64,000 nucleotides of DNA, taken from the NCBI GenBank assembly GCA_964016885.1, contig OZ024740.1, positions 429,846,001-429,910,000 on the forward strand, written 5' to 3'. The translations under genes and the position numbers were made by a program. The first letter of the stretch is position 1; each line of letters opens with the position of its first letter. Under the pieces are notes generated by a model. That model saw only the letters and a program-made list of their open reading frames with translations. It made no database searches and was not told the DNA's origin. Origin of the DNA: Eledone cirrhosa. Its lineage: Eukaryota. Below, in pieces: positions 1-13,359 of this stretch.

Positions 1-3000
1 GTAATATTAGGTTGTTATTTAGAATAATATAACAGTAATGATATAGGTAGTAATATTAGGTTGTTATTTAGAATAATATAACAGTAATGATATAGGTAGT
101 AATATTAGGTTGTTATTTAGAATAATATAACAGTAATGATATAGGTAGTAATATTAGGTTGTTATTTAGAATAATATAACAGTAATGATATAGGTAGTAA
201 TATTAGGTTGTTATTTAAAATAATATAACAGTAATGATATAGGTAGTAATATTAGGTTGTTATTTAGAATAATATAACAGTAATAATATAGGTAGTAATA
301 TTAGGTTGTTATTTAGAATAATATAACAGTAATGATATAGGTAGTAATATTTGGTTGTTATTTTGAATAATATAACAGTAATGATATAGGTAGTAATATT
401 AGGTTGTTATTTAGAATAATATAACAGTAATGATATAGGTAGTAATATTAGGTTGTTATTTAAAATAATATAACAGTAATGATATAGGTAGTAATATGAG
501 GTTATTATTTAGAATAATATAACAGTAATGATATAGGTAGTAATATTAGGTTGTTATTTAGAATAATATAACAGTAATGATATAGGTAGTAATATTAGGT
601 TGTTATTTAGAATAATATAACAGTAATGATATAGGTAGTAATATTAGGTTGTTATTTAAATAATATAACAGTAATGATATAGTAGTAATATTAGGTTGTT
701 ATTTAGAATAATATAACAGTAATGATATAGGTAGTAATATTAGGTTGTTATTTAGAATAATATAACAGTAATATATAGGTAGTAATATTAGGTTGTTATT
801 TAGAATAATATAACAGTAATGATATAGGTAGTAATTTTAGGTTGTTATTTAAATAATATAACAGTAATGATATAGATAGTAATATTAGGTTGTTATTTCG
901 AATAATATAACAGTAATGATATAGGTAGTAATATTAGGTTATTTAAATAATATAACAGTAATGATATAGGTAGTAATATTAGGTTGTTATTTAGAATAAT
1001 ATAACAGTAATGATATAGGAAGTAATATTAGGTGTTATTTAGAATAATATAACAGTAATGATATAGGTTGTAATATTAGGTTGTTATTTAGAATAATATA
1101 ACAGTAATGATATAGCTTGTAATATTAGGTTGTTATTTAGAATAATATAACTGTAATGATATAGGTAGTAATATTAGGTTGTTATTTAGAATAATATAAC
1201 AGTAATGATATAGGTAGTAATATTAGATTGTTATTTAAAATAATATAACAGTAATGATATAGGTAGTAATATTAGGTTGTTATTTAGAATAATATAACAG
1301 TAATGATATAGGTAGTAATATTAGGTTGTTATTTAGAATAATATAACAGTAATGATATAGGTAGTAATATTAGGTTGTTATTTAAATAATATAACAGTAA
1401 TGATATAGGTAGTAATATGAGGTTATTATTAGAATAATATAACAGTAATGATATAGGTAGTAATATTAGGTTGTTATTTAGAATAATATAACAGTAATGA
1501 TATAGGTAGTAATATTAGGTTGTTATTTAGAATAATATAACAGTAATGATATAGGTAGTAATATTAGGTTGTTATTTAAAATAATATAACAGTAATGATA
1601 TAGGTAGTAATATTAGGTTGTTATTTAGAATAATATAACAGTAATGATATAGGTAGAAATATTAGGTTGTTATTTAGAATAATATAACAGTAATGATATA
1701 GGTAGTAATATTAGGTTGTTATTTATAATAATATAACAGTAATGATATAGGTAGTAATATTAGGTTGTTATTTAGAATAATATAACAGTAATGATATAGG
1801 TAGTAATATTAGGTTGTTATTTAGAATAATATAACAGTAATGATATAGGTAGTAATATTAGGTTGTTATTTAAAATAATATAACAGTAATGATATAGGTA
1901 GTAATATTAGGTTGTTATTTAGAATAATATAACAGTAATGATATAGGAAGTAATATTAGGTTGTTATTTCGAATAATATAACAGTAATGATATAGGAAGT
2001 AATATTAAGGTTGTTATTTAGAATAATATAACAGTAATGATATAGGTAGTAATATTAGGTTGTGATTTAAAATAATATAACAGTAATGATATAGGTAGTA
2101 ATATTAGGTTGTTATTTAGAATATTATAACAGTAATGATATAGGTAGTAATATTAGGTTGTTATTTAGAATAATATAACAGTAATGATATAGGTAGTAAT
2201 ATTAGGTTGTTATTTAGAATAATATAACAGTAATGATATAGGTAGTAATATTAGGTTGTTATTTAAAATAATATAACAGTAATGATATAGGTAGTAATAT
2301 TAGGTTGTTATTTAGAATAATATAACAGTAATGATATAGGTAGTAATATTAGGTTGTTATTTAGAATAATATAACAGTAATGATATAGGTAGTAATATTA
2401 GGTTGTTATTTAAAATAATATAACAGTAATGATATAGGTAGTAATATTAGGTTGTTATTTAGAATAATATAACAGTAATGATATAGGTAGAAATATTAGG
2501 TTGTTATTTAGAATAATATAAAAGTAATGATATAGGTAGTAATATTAGGTTGTTATTTATAATAATATAACAGTAATGATATAGGTAGTAATATTAGGTT
2601 GTTATTTAAAATAATATAACAGTAATGATATAGGTAGTAATATTAGGTTGTTATTTAGAATAATATAACAGTAATGATATAGGTAGTAATATTAGGTTGT
2701 TATTTAAAATAATATAACAGTAATGATATAGGTAGTAATATTAGGTTGTTATTTAGAATAATATAACAGTAATGATATAGGAAGTAATATTAGGTTGTTA
2801 TTTAGAATAATATAACAGTAATGATATAGGAAGTAATATTAGGTTGTTATTTAGAATAATATAACAGTAATGATATAGGTAGTAATATTAGGTTGTTATT
2901 TAAAATAATATAACAGTAATGATATAGGTAGTAATATTAGGTTGTTATTTAGAATAATATAGCAGTAATGATATAGGAAGTAATATTAGGTTGTTATTTA

Positions 3001-6000
3001 GAATAATATAACAGTAATGATATAGGTTGTAATATTAGGTTGTTATTTAGAATAATATAACAGTAATGATATAGGTAGTAATATTAGGTTGTTATTAGAA
3101 TAATATAACAGTAATGATATAGGTAGTAATATTAGGTTGTTATTTAAAATAATATAACAGTAATGATATAGGTAGTAATATTAGGTTGTTATTTAGAATA
3201 ATATAACAGTAATGATATAGGAAGTAATATTAGGTTGTTATTTAGAATAATATAACAGTAATGATATAGGAAGTAATATTAGGTTGTTATTTAGAATAAT
3301 ATAACAGTAATGATATAGGTTGTAATATTAGGTTGTTATTTAGAATAATATAACAGTAATGATATAGGTAGTAATATTAGGTTGTTATTTAGAATAATAT
3401 AACAGTAATGATATAGGTAGTAATATTAGGTTGTTATTTAGAATAATATAACAGTAATGATATAGGAAGTAATATTAGGTTGTTATTTAGAATAATATAA
3501 CAGTAATGATATAGGTTGTAATATTAGGTTGTTATTTAGAATAATATAACAGTAATGATATAGGTAGTAATATTTAGGTTGTTATTTAGAATAATATAAC
3601 AGTAATGATATAGGTAGTAATATTAGGTTGTTATTTAGAATAATATAACAGTAATGATATAGGAAGTAATATTAGGTTGTTATTTAGAATAATATAACAG
3701 TAATGATATAGGTTGTAATATTAGGTTGTTATTTAGAATAATATAACAGTAATGATATAGGTAGTAATATTAGGTTGTTATTTAGAACAATATAACAGTA
3801 ATGATATAGGTAGTAATATTAGGTTGTTATTTAAAATATATAACAGTAATGATATAGGTAGTAATATTAGGTTGTTATTTAGAATAATATAACAGTAATG
3901 ATATAGATAGTAATATTAGGTTGTTATTTAGAATAATATAACAGTAATGATATAGGTAGTAATATTAGGTTGTTATTTAAATAATATAACAGTAATGATA
4001 TAGGTAGTAATATTAGGTTGTTATTTAGAATAATATAACAGTAATGATATAGGTAGTAATATTAGGTTGTTATTTAGAATAATATGACAGTAATGATATA
4101 GGTAGTAATATTAGGTTGTTATTTAAAATAATATAACAGTAATGATATAGGTAGTAATATTAGGTTGTTATTTAGAATAATATAACAGTAATGATATAGA
4201 TAGTAATATTAGGTTGTTATTTAGAATAATATAACAGTAATGATATAGGTAGTAATATTAGGTTGTTATTTAAAATAATATAACAGTAATGATATAGGTA
4301 GTAATATTAGGTTGTTATTTAGAATAATATAACAGTAATGATATAGGTTGTAATATTATGTTGTTATTTAGAATAATATAACAGTAATGATATAGGTTGT
4401 AATATTAGGTTGTTATTCAGAATAATATAACAGTAATGATATAGGTTGTAATATTAGGTTGTTATTTAGAATAATATAACAGTAATGATATAGGTAGTAA
4501 TATTAGGTTGTTATTTAGAATAATATAACAGTAATGATATAGGTAGTAATATTAGGTTGTTATTTAGAATAATATAACAGTAATAATATAGGTAGTAATA
4601 TTAAATTGTTATTTAGAATAATATGACAGTAATGATATAGGTTGTAATATTAGGTTGTTATTTAAAATAATATAACAGTAATGATATAGGTAGTAATATT
4701 AGGTTATTATTTAGAATAATATAACAGTAATGATATAGGTAGTAATATTAGGTTGTTATTTAGAATAATATAACAGTAATGATATAGGTACTAATATTAG
4801 GTTGTTATTTAGAATAATATAACAGTAATGATATAGGTAGTAATATTAGGTTGTTATTTAAAATATATAACAGTAATGATATAGGTAGTAATATTAGGTT
4901 GTTATTTAGAATAATATAACAGTAATGAATATAGTTAGTAATATTAGGTTGTTATTTAGAATAATATAACAGTAATGATATAGGTAGTAATATTAGGTTG
5001 TTATTTAAAATAATATAACAGTAATGATATAGGTAGTAATATTAGGTTGTTATTTAGAATAATATACAGTAATGATATAGGTAGTAATATTAGGTTGTTA
5101 TGTATAATAATATAACAGTAATGATATAGGTAGTAATATTAGGTTATTATTTAGAATAATATAACAGTAATGATATAGGTAGTAATATTAGGTTGTTATT
5201 TAGAATAATATAACAGTAATGATATAGGTAGTAATATTAGGTTGTTATTTAAAATAATATAACAGTAATGATATAGGTAGTAATATTAGGTTGTTATTTA
5301 GAATAATATAACAGTAATGATATAGGTTGTAATATTAGGTTGTTATTTAGAATAATATAACAGTAATGATATAGGTAGTAATATTAGGTTGTTATTTAGA
5401 ATAATATAACAGTAATGATATAGGTAGTAATATTAGGTTGTTATTTAGAATAATATAACAGTAATGATATAGGCAGTAATATTAGGTTGTTATTAGAATA
5501 ATATAACAGTAATGATATAGGTAGTAATATTAGGTTGTTATTTAGAATAATATAACAGTAATGATATAGGTAGTAATATTAGGTTGTTATTTAAAATAAT
5601 ATAACAGTAATGATCATAGGTAGTAATATTAGGTTGTTATTTAGAATAATATAACAGTAATGATATAGGTAGAAATATTAGGTTGTTATTTAAAATAATA
5701 TAAAGTAATGATATAGGTAGTAATATTAGGTTGTTATTTAGAATAATATAACAGTAATGATATAGGTAGTAATATTAGGTTGTTGTTTAGAATAATATAA
5801 CAGTAATGATATAGGTAGTAATATTAGGTTGCTATTTAGAATAATATAACAGTAATGATATAGGTAGTAATATTAGGTTGTTGTTTAGAATAATATAACA
5901 GTAATGATATAGGTAGTAATATTAGGTTGTTATTTAGAATAATATAACAGTAATGATATAGGTAGTAATATTAGGTTATTATTTAGAATAATATAACAGT

Positions 6001-9000
6001 AATGATATAGGTAGTAATATTAGGTTGTTATTTAGAATAATATAACAGTAATGATATAGGAAGTAATATTAGGTTGTTATTTAGAATAATATAACAGTAA
6101 TGATATAGGTTGTAATATTAGGTTGTTATTTAGAATAATATAACAGTAATGATATAGGTAGTAATATTAGGTTGTTATTTAGAATAATATAACAGTAATG
6201 ATATAGGTAGTAATATTTGGTTGTTATTTTGAATAATATAACAGTAATGATATAGGTAGTAATATTAGGTTGTTATTTAGAATAATATAACAGTAATGAT
6301 ATAGGTAGTAATATTTGGTTGTTATTTTGAATAATATAACAGTAATGATATAGGTAGTAATATTAGGTTGTTATTTAGAATAATATAACAGTAATGATAT
6401 AGGTTGTAATATTAGGTTGTTATTTAGAATAATATAACAGTAATGATATAGGTTGTAATATTAGGTTGTTATTTAGAATAATATAACAGTAATGATATAG
6501 GTTGTAATATTAGGTTGTTATTTAGATAATATAACAGTAATGATATAGGTAGTAATATTAGGTTGTTATTTAGAATAATATAACAGTAATGATATAGGTA
6601 GTAATATTAGGTTGTTATTTAAATAATATAACAGTAATGATATAGGTAGTAATATTAGGTTGTTATTTAGAATAATATAACAGTAATGATATAGGAAGTA
6701 ATATTAGGTTGTTATTTAGAATAATATAACAGTAATGATATAGGAAGTAATATTAGGTTGTTATTTAGAATAATATAACAGTAATGATATAGGTTGTAAT
6801 ATTAGGTTGTTATTTAGAATAATATAACAGTAATGATATAGGTAGTAATATTAGGTTGTTATTTAGAATAATATAACAGTAATGATATAGGTAGTAATAT
6901 TAGGTTGTTATTTAGAATAATATAACAGTAATGATATAGGAAGTAATATTAGGTTGTTATTTAGAATAATATAACAGTAATGATATAGGTTGTAATATTA
7001 GGTTGTTATTTAGAATAATATAACAGTAATGATATAGGTAGTAATATTAGGTTGTTATTTAGAATAATATAACAGTAATGATATAGGTAGTAATATTAGG
7101 TTGTTATTTAGAATAATATAACAGTAATGATATAGGAAGTAATATTAGGTTGTTATTTAGAATAATATAACAGTAATGATATAGGTTGTAATATTAGGTT
7201 GTTAATTTAGAATAATATAACAGTAATGATATAGGTAGTAATATTAGGTTGTTATTTAGAACAATATAACAGTAATGATATAGGTAGTAATATTAGGTTG
7301 TTATTTAAAATAATATAACAGTAATGATATAGGTAGTAATATTAGGTTGTTATTTAGAATAATATAACAGTAATGATATAGGAAGTAATATTAGGTTGTA
7401 TTTAGAATAATATAACTGTAATGATATAGGTAGTAATATTAGGTTGTTATTTAGAATAATATAACAGTAATGATATAGGAAGTAATATTAGGTTGTTATT
7501 TAGAATAATATAACAGTAATGATATAGGTTGTAATATTAGGTTGTTATTTAGAATAATATAACAGTAATGATATAGGTAGTAATATTAGGTTGTTATTTA
7601 GAATAATATAACAGTAATGATATAGGTAGTAATATTAGGTTGTTATTTAGAATAATATAACAGTAATGATATAGGTAGTAATATTAGGTTGTTATTTAGA
7701 ATAATATAACAGTAATGATATAGGTAGTAATATTAGGTTGTTATTTAAAATAATATAACAGTAATGATATAGGTAGTAATATTAGGTTGTTATTTAGAAT
7801 AATATAACAGTAATAATATAGGTAGTAATATTAGGTTGTTATTAGAATAATATAACAGTAATGATATAGGTAGTAATATTTGGTTGTTATTTTGAATAAT
7901 ATAACAGTAATGATATAGGTAGTAATATTAGGTTGTTATTTAGAATAATATAACAGTAATGATATAGGTTGTAATATTAGGTTGTTATTTAGAATAATAT
8001 AACAGTAATGATATAGGTTGTAATATTAGGTTGTTATTTAGAATATATAACAGTAATGATATAGGTAGTAATATTAGGTTGTTATTTAGAATAATATAAC
8101 AGTAATGATATAGTTAGTAATATTAGGTTGTTATTTAGAATAATATAACAGTAATGATATAGGTAGTAATATTAGATTGTTATTTAAAATAATATAACAG
8201 TAATGATATAGGTAGTAATATTAGGTTGTTATTTAGAATAATATAACAGTAATGATATAGGTAGTAATATTAGGTTGTTATTTAGAATAATATAACAGTA
8301 ATGATATAGGTAGTAATATTAGGTTGTTATTTAAAATAATATAACAGTAATGATATAGGTAGTAATATGAGGTTATTATTTAGAATAATATAACAGTAAT
8401 GATATAGGTAGTAATATTAGGTTGTTATTTAGAATAATATAACAGTAATGATATAGGTAGTAATATTAGGTTGTTATTTAGAATAATATAACAGTAATGA
8501 TATAGGTAGTAATATTAGGTTGTTATTTAAAATAATATAACAGTAATGATATAGGTAGTAATATTAGGTTGTTATTTAGAATAATATAACAGTAATGATA
8601 TAGGTAGAAATATTAGGTTGTTATTTAGAATAATATAAAGTAATGATATAGGTAGTAATATTAGGTTGTTATTTATAATAATATAACAGTAATGATATAG
8701 GTAGTAATATTAGGTTGTTATTTAAAATAATATAACAGTAATGATATAGAGTAGTAATATTAGGTTGTTATTTAGAATAATATAACAGTAATGATATAGG
8801 TAGTAATATTAGGTTGTTATTTAAAATAATATAACAGTAATGATATAGGTAGTAATATTAGGTTGTTATTTAGAATAATATAACAGTAATGATATAGGAA
8901 GTAATATTAGGTTGTTATTTCGAATAATATAACAGTAATGATATAGGAAGTAATATTAGGTTGTTATTTAGAATAATATAACAGTAATGATATAGGTAGT

Positions 9001-12000
9001 AATATTAGGTTGTGATTTAAAATAATATAACAGTAATGATATAGGTAGTAATATTAGGTTGTTATTTAGAATATTATAACAGTAATGATATAGGTAGTAA
9101 TATTAGGTTGTTATTTAGAATAATATAACAGTAATGATATAGGTAGTAATATTAGGTTGTTATTTAGAATAATATAACAGTAATGATATAGGTAGTAATA
9201 TTAGGTTGTTATTTAAAATAATATAACAGTAATGATATAGGTAGTAATATTAGGTTGTTATTTAGAATAATATAACAGTAATGATATAGGTAGTAATATT
9301 AGGTTGTTATTTAGAATAATATAACAGTAATGATATAGGTAGTAATATTAGGTTGTTATTTAAATAATATAACAGTAATGATATAGGTAGTAATATTAGG
9401 TTGTTATTTAGAATAATATAACAGTAATGATATAGGTAGAAATATTAGGTTGTTATTTAGAATAATATAAAAGTAATGATATAGGTAGTAATATTAGGTT
9501 GTTATTTATAATAATATAACAGTAATGATATAGGTAGTAATATTAGGTTGTTATTTAAAATAATATAACAGTAATGATATAGGTAGTAATATTAGGTTGT
9601 TATTTAGAATAATATAACAGTAATGATATAGGTAGTAATATTAGGTTGTTATTTAAAATAATATAACAGTAATGATATAGGTAGTAATATTAGGTTGTTA
9701 TTTAGAATAATATAACAGTAATGATATAGGAAGTAATATTAGGTTGTTATTTAGAATAATATAACAGTAATGATATAGGAAGTAATATTAGGTTGTTATT
9801 TAGAATAATATAACAGTAATGATATAGGTAGTAATATTAGGTTGTTATTTAAAATAATATAACAGTAATGATATAGGTAGTAATATTAGGTTGTTATTTA
9901 GAATAATATAGCAGTAATGATATAGGAAGTAATATTAGTTGTTATTTAGAATAATATAACAGTAATGATATAGGTTGTAATATTAGGTTGTTATTTAGAA
10001 TAATATAACAGTAATGATATAGGTAGTAATATTAGGTTGTTATTTAGAATAATATAACAGTAATGATATAGGTAGTAATATTAGGTTGTTATTTAAAATA
10101 ATATAACAGTAATGATATAGGTAGTAATATTAGGTTGTTATTTAGAATAATATAACAGTAATGATATAGGAAGTAATATTAGGTTGTTATTTAGAATAAT
10201 ATAACAGTAATGATATAGGAAGTAATATTAGGTTGTTATTTAGAATAATATAACAGTAATGATATAGGTTGTAATATTAGGTTGTTATTTAGAATAATAT
10301 AACAGTAATGATATAGGTAGTAATATTAGGTTGTTATTTAGAATAATATAACAGTAATGATATAGGTAGTAATATTAGGTTGTTATTTAGAATAATATAA
10401 CAGTAATGATATAGGAAGTAATATTAGGTTGTTATTTAGAATAATATAACAGTAATGATATAGGTTGTAATATTAGGTTGTTATTTAGAATAATATAACA
10501 GTAATGATATAGGTAGTAATATTAGGTTGTTATTTAGAATAATATAACAGTAATGATATAGGTAGTAATATTTGGTTGTTATTTTGAATAATATAACAGT
10601 AATGATATAGGTAGTAATATTAGGTTGTTATTTAGAATAATATAACAGTAATGATATAGGTAGTAATATTTGGTTGTTATTTTGAATAATATAACAGTAA
10701 TGATATAGGTAGTAATATTAGGTTGTTATTTAGAATAATATAACAGTAATGATATAGGTTGTAATATTAGGTTGTTATTTAGAATAATATAACAGTAATG
10801 ATATAGGTTGTAATATTAGGTTGTTATTAGATAATATAACAGTAATGATATAGGTTGTAATATTAGGTTGTTATTTAGAATAATATAACAGTAATGATAT
10901 AGGTAGTAATATTAGGTTGTTATTTAGAATAATATAACAGTAATGATATAGGTAGTAATATTAGGTTGTTATTTAAATAATATAACAGTAATGATATAGG
11001 TAGTAATATTAGGTTGTTATTTAGAATAATATAACAGTAATGATATAGGAAGTAATATTAGGTTGTTATTTAGAATAATATAACAGTAATGATATAGGAA
11101 GTAATATTAGGTTGTTATTTAGAATAATATAAACAGTAATGATATAGGTTGTAATATTAGGTTGTTATTTAGAATAATATAACAGTAATAATATAGGTAG
11201 TAATATTAGGTTGTTATTTAGAATAATATAACAGTAATGATATAGATAGTAATATTTGGTTGTTATTTTGAATAATATAACAGTAATGATATAGGTAGTA
11301 ATATTAGGTTGTTATTTAGAATAATATAACAGTAATGATATAGTTGTAATATTAGGTTGTTATTTAGAATAATATAACAGTAATGATATAGGTTGTAATA
11401 TTAGGTTGTTATTTAGAATAATATAAACAGTAATGATATAGGTTGTAATATTAGGTTGTTATTTAGAATAATATAACAGTAATGATATAGGTAGTAATAT
11501 TAGGTTGTTATGTAGAATAATATAACAGTAATGATATAGGTAGTAATATTAGGTTGTTATTTAGAATAATATAACAGTAATGATATAGTAGTAATATTAG
11601 GTTGTTATTTAGAATAATATAACAGTAATGATATAGGTAGTAATATTAGGTTGTTATTTAAAATAATATAACAGTAATGATATAGGTAGTAATATTAGGT
11701 TGTTATTTAGAATAATATAACAGTAATAATATAGGTAGTAATATTAGGTTGTTATTTAGAATAATATAACAGTAATGATATAGATAGTAATATTGGTTGT
11801 TATTTTGAATAATATAACAGTAATGATATAGGTAGTAATATTAGGTTGTTATTTAGAATAAATATAACAGTAATGATATAGGTTGTAATAATTAGGTTGT
11901 TATTTAGAATAATATAACAGTAATGATATAGGTTGTAATATTAGGTTGTTATTTAGAATAATATAACAGTAATGATATAGGTTGTAATATTAGGTTGTTA

Positions 12001-13143
12001 TTTAGAATAATATAACAGTAATGATATAGGTAGTAATATTAGGTTGTTATTTAAAATAATATAACAGTAATTATATAGGTAGTAATATTAGGTTGTTATT
12101 TAGAATAATATAACAGTAATGATATAGGTAGTAATATTTGGTTGTTATTTAGAATAATATAACAGTAATGATATAGGTAGTAATATTAGGTTGTTATTTA
12201 AAATAATATAACAGTAATGATATAGGTAGTAATATTAGGTTGTTATTTAGAATAATATAACAGTAATAATATAGGTAGTAATATTAGGTTGTTATTTAGA
12301 ATAATATAACAGTAATGATATAGGTAGTAATTTTAGGTTGTTATTTAAAATAATATAACAGTAATGATATAGGTAGTAATATTAGGTTGTTATTTCGAAT
12401 AATATAACAGTAATGATATAGGTAGTAATATTAGGTTATTTAAAATAATATAACAGTAATGATATAGGTAGTAATATTAGGTTGTTATTTAGAATAATAT
12501 AACAGTAATGATATAGGTTGTAATATTATGTTGTTATTTAGAATAATATAACAATAATGATATAGGTTGTAATATTAGGTTGTTATTTAGAATAATATAA
12601 CAGTAATGATATAGGTTGTAATATTAGGTTGTTCTTTAGAATAATATAACAGTAATGATATAGGTAGTAATATTAGGTTGTTATTTAGAATAATATAACA
12701 GTAATGATATAGGTAGTAATATTAGGTTGTTATTTAAAATAATATAACAGTAATGATATAGGTAGTAATATTAGGTTGTTATTTAGAATAATATAACAGT
12801 AATGATATAGGTAGTAATATTAGGTTGTTATTTAGAATAATATAACAGTAATAATATAGGTAGTAATATTAGGTTGTTATTTAGAATAATATAACAGTAA
12901 TGATATAGGTAGTAATATTTGGTTGTTATTTTGAATAATATAACAGTAATGATATAGGTAGTAATATTAGGTTGTTATTTAGAATAATATAACAGTAATG
13001 ATATAGGTTGTAATATTAGGTTGTTATTTAGAATAATATAACAGTAATGATATAGGTTGTAATATTAGGTTGTTATTTAGAATAATATAACAGTAATGAT
13101 ATAGGTTGTAATATTAGGTTGTTATTTAGAATAATATAACAGT

Positions 13144-13187
13144 AATAACAACCTAATATTACTACCTATATCATTACTGTTATATTA
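13144..13187 (-). other. 44-bp micro-inversion (partial monomer in opposite orientation)
   Basis: Normal CAGTAAT-GATA-TAGGTAG is replaced by CAGTAAT-AACAACCTAATATTACTACCTATATCATTACTGTTATAT-TAGGTAG. Junction microhomologies are AAT (13144-13146) and TA (13186-13187). Confidence 0.93.
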
Positions 13188-13253
13188 GGTAGTAATATTA
13201 GGTTGTTATTTAGAATAATATAACAGTAATGATATAGGTAGTAATATTAGGTT

Positions 13254-13272
13254 GTTATTTAAAATAATATAA
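13254..13272 (+). repeat. 19-bp target-site duplication, 5' copy (GTTATTTAAAATAATATAA); 3' copy at 13458-13476
   Basis: An identical 19-mer flanks both sides of the insert. Both carry the minority TTTAAAA allele rather than consensus TTTAGAA, and monomer phase steps back by exactly 19 bp across the insert. Confidence 0.88.
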
Positions 13273-13284
13273 AGGGCGGTGGAT

Positions 13285-13296
13285 TGGCAGTATCGG
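13285..13296 (+). promoter_or_regulatory. RNA Pol III type-2 A box of SINE copy 1 (equivalents on - strand at 20254-20265 and 46106-46117)
   Basis: TGGCAGTATCGG approximates the TRGCNNARYGG-type consensus and lies 12 nt from the element 5' end. Confidence 0.7.
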
Positions 13297-13349
13297 TAGA
13301 GGGTCGGACGCCATGCTTTCCAGCATAGTTACGTCCCTTTACGATCTGA

Positions 13350-13359
13350 GTTCAAATCC
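13350..13359 (+). promoter_or_regulatory. RNA Pol III type-2 B box of SINE copy 1 (equivalents on - strand at 20190-20199 and 46043-46052)
   Basis: GTTCAAATCC matches GTTCRANNC and lies 53 nt downstream of the A box. Confidence 0.8.

Noticed and set aside
7-11. Telomeric repeat (TTAGG)
   Set aside because: There is only one TTAGG per 49 bp and never in tandem, with no TTAGGG. This is insufficient to call a telomere despite the G/C strand skew.
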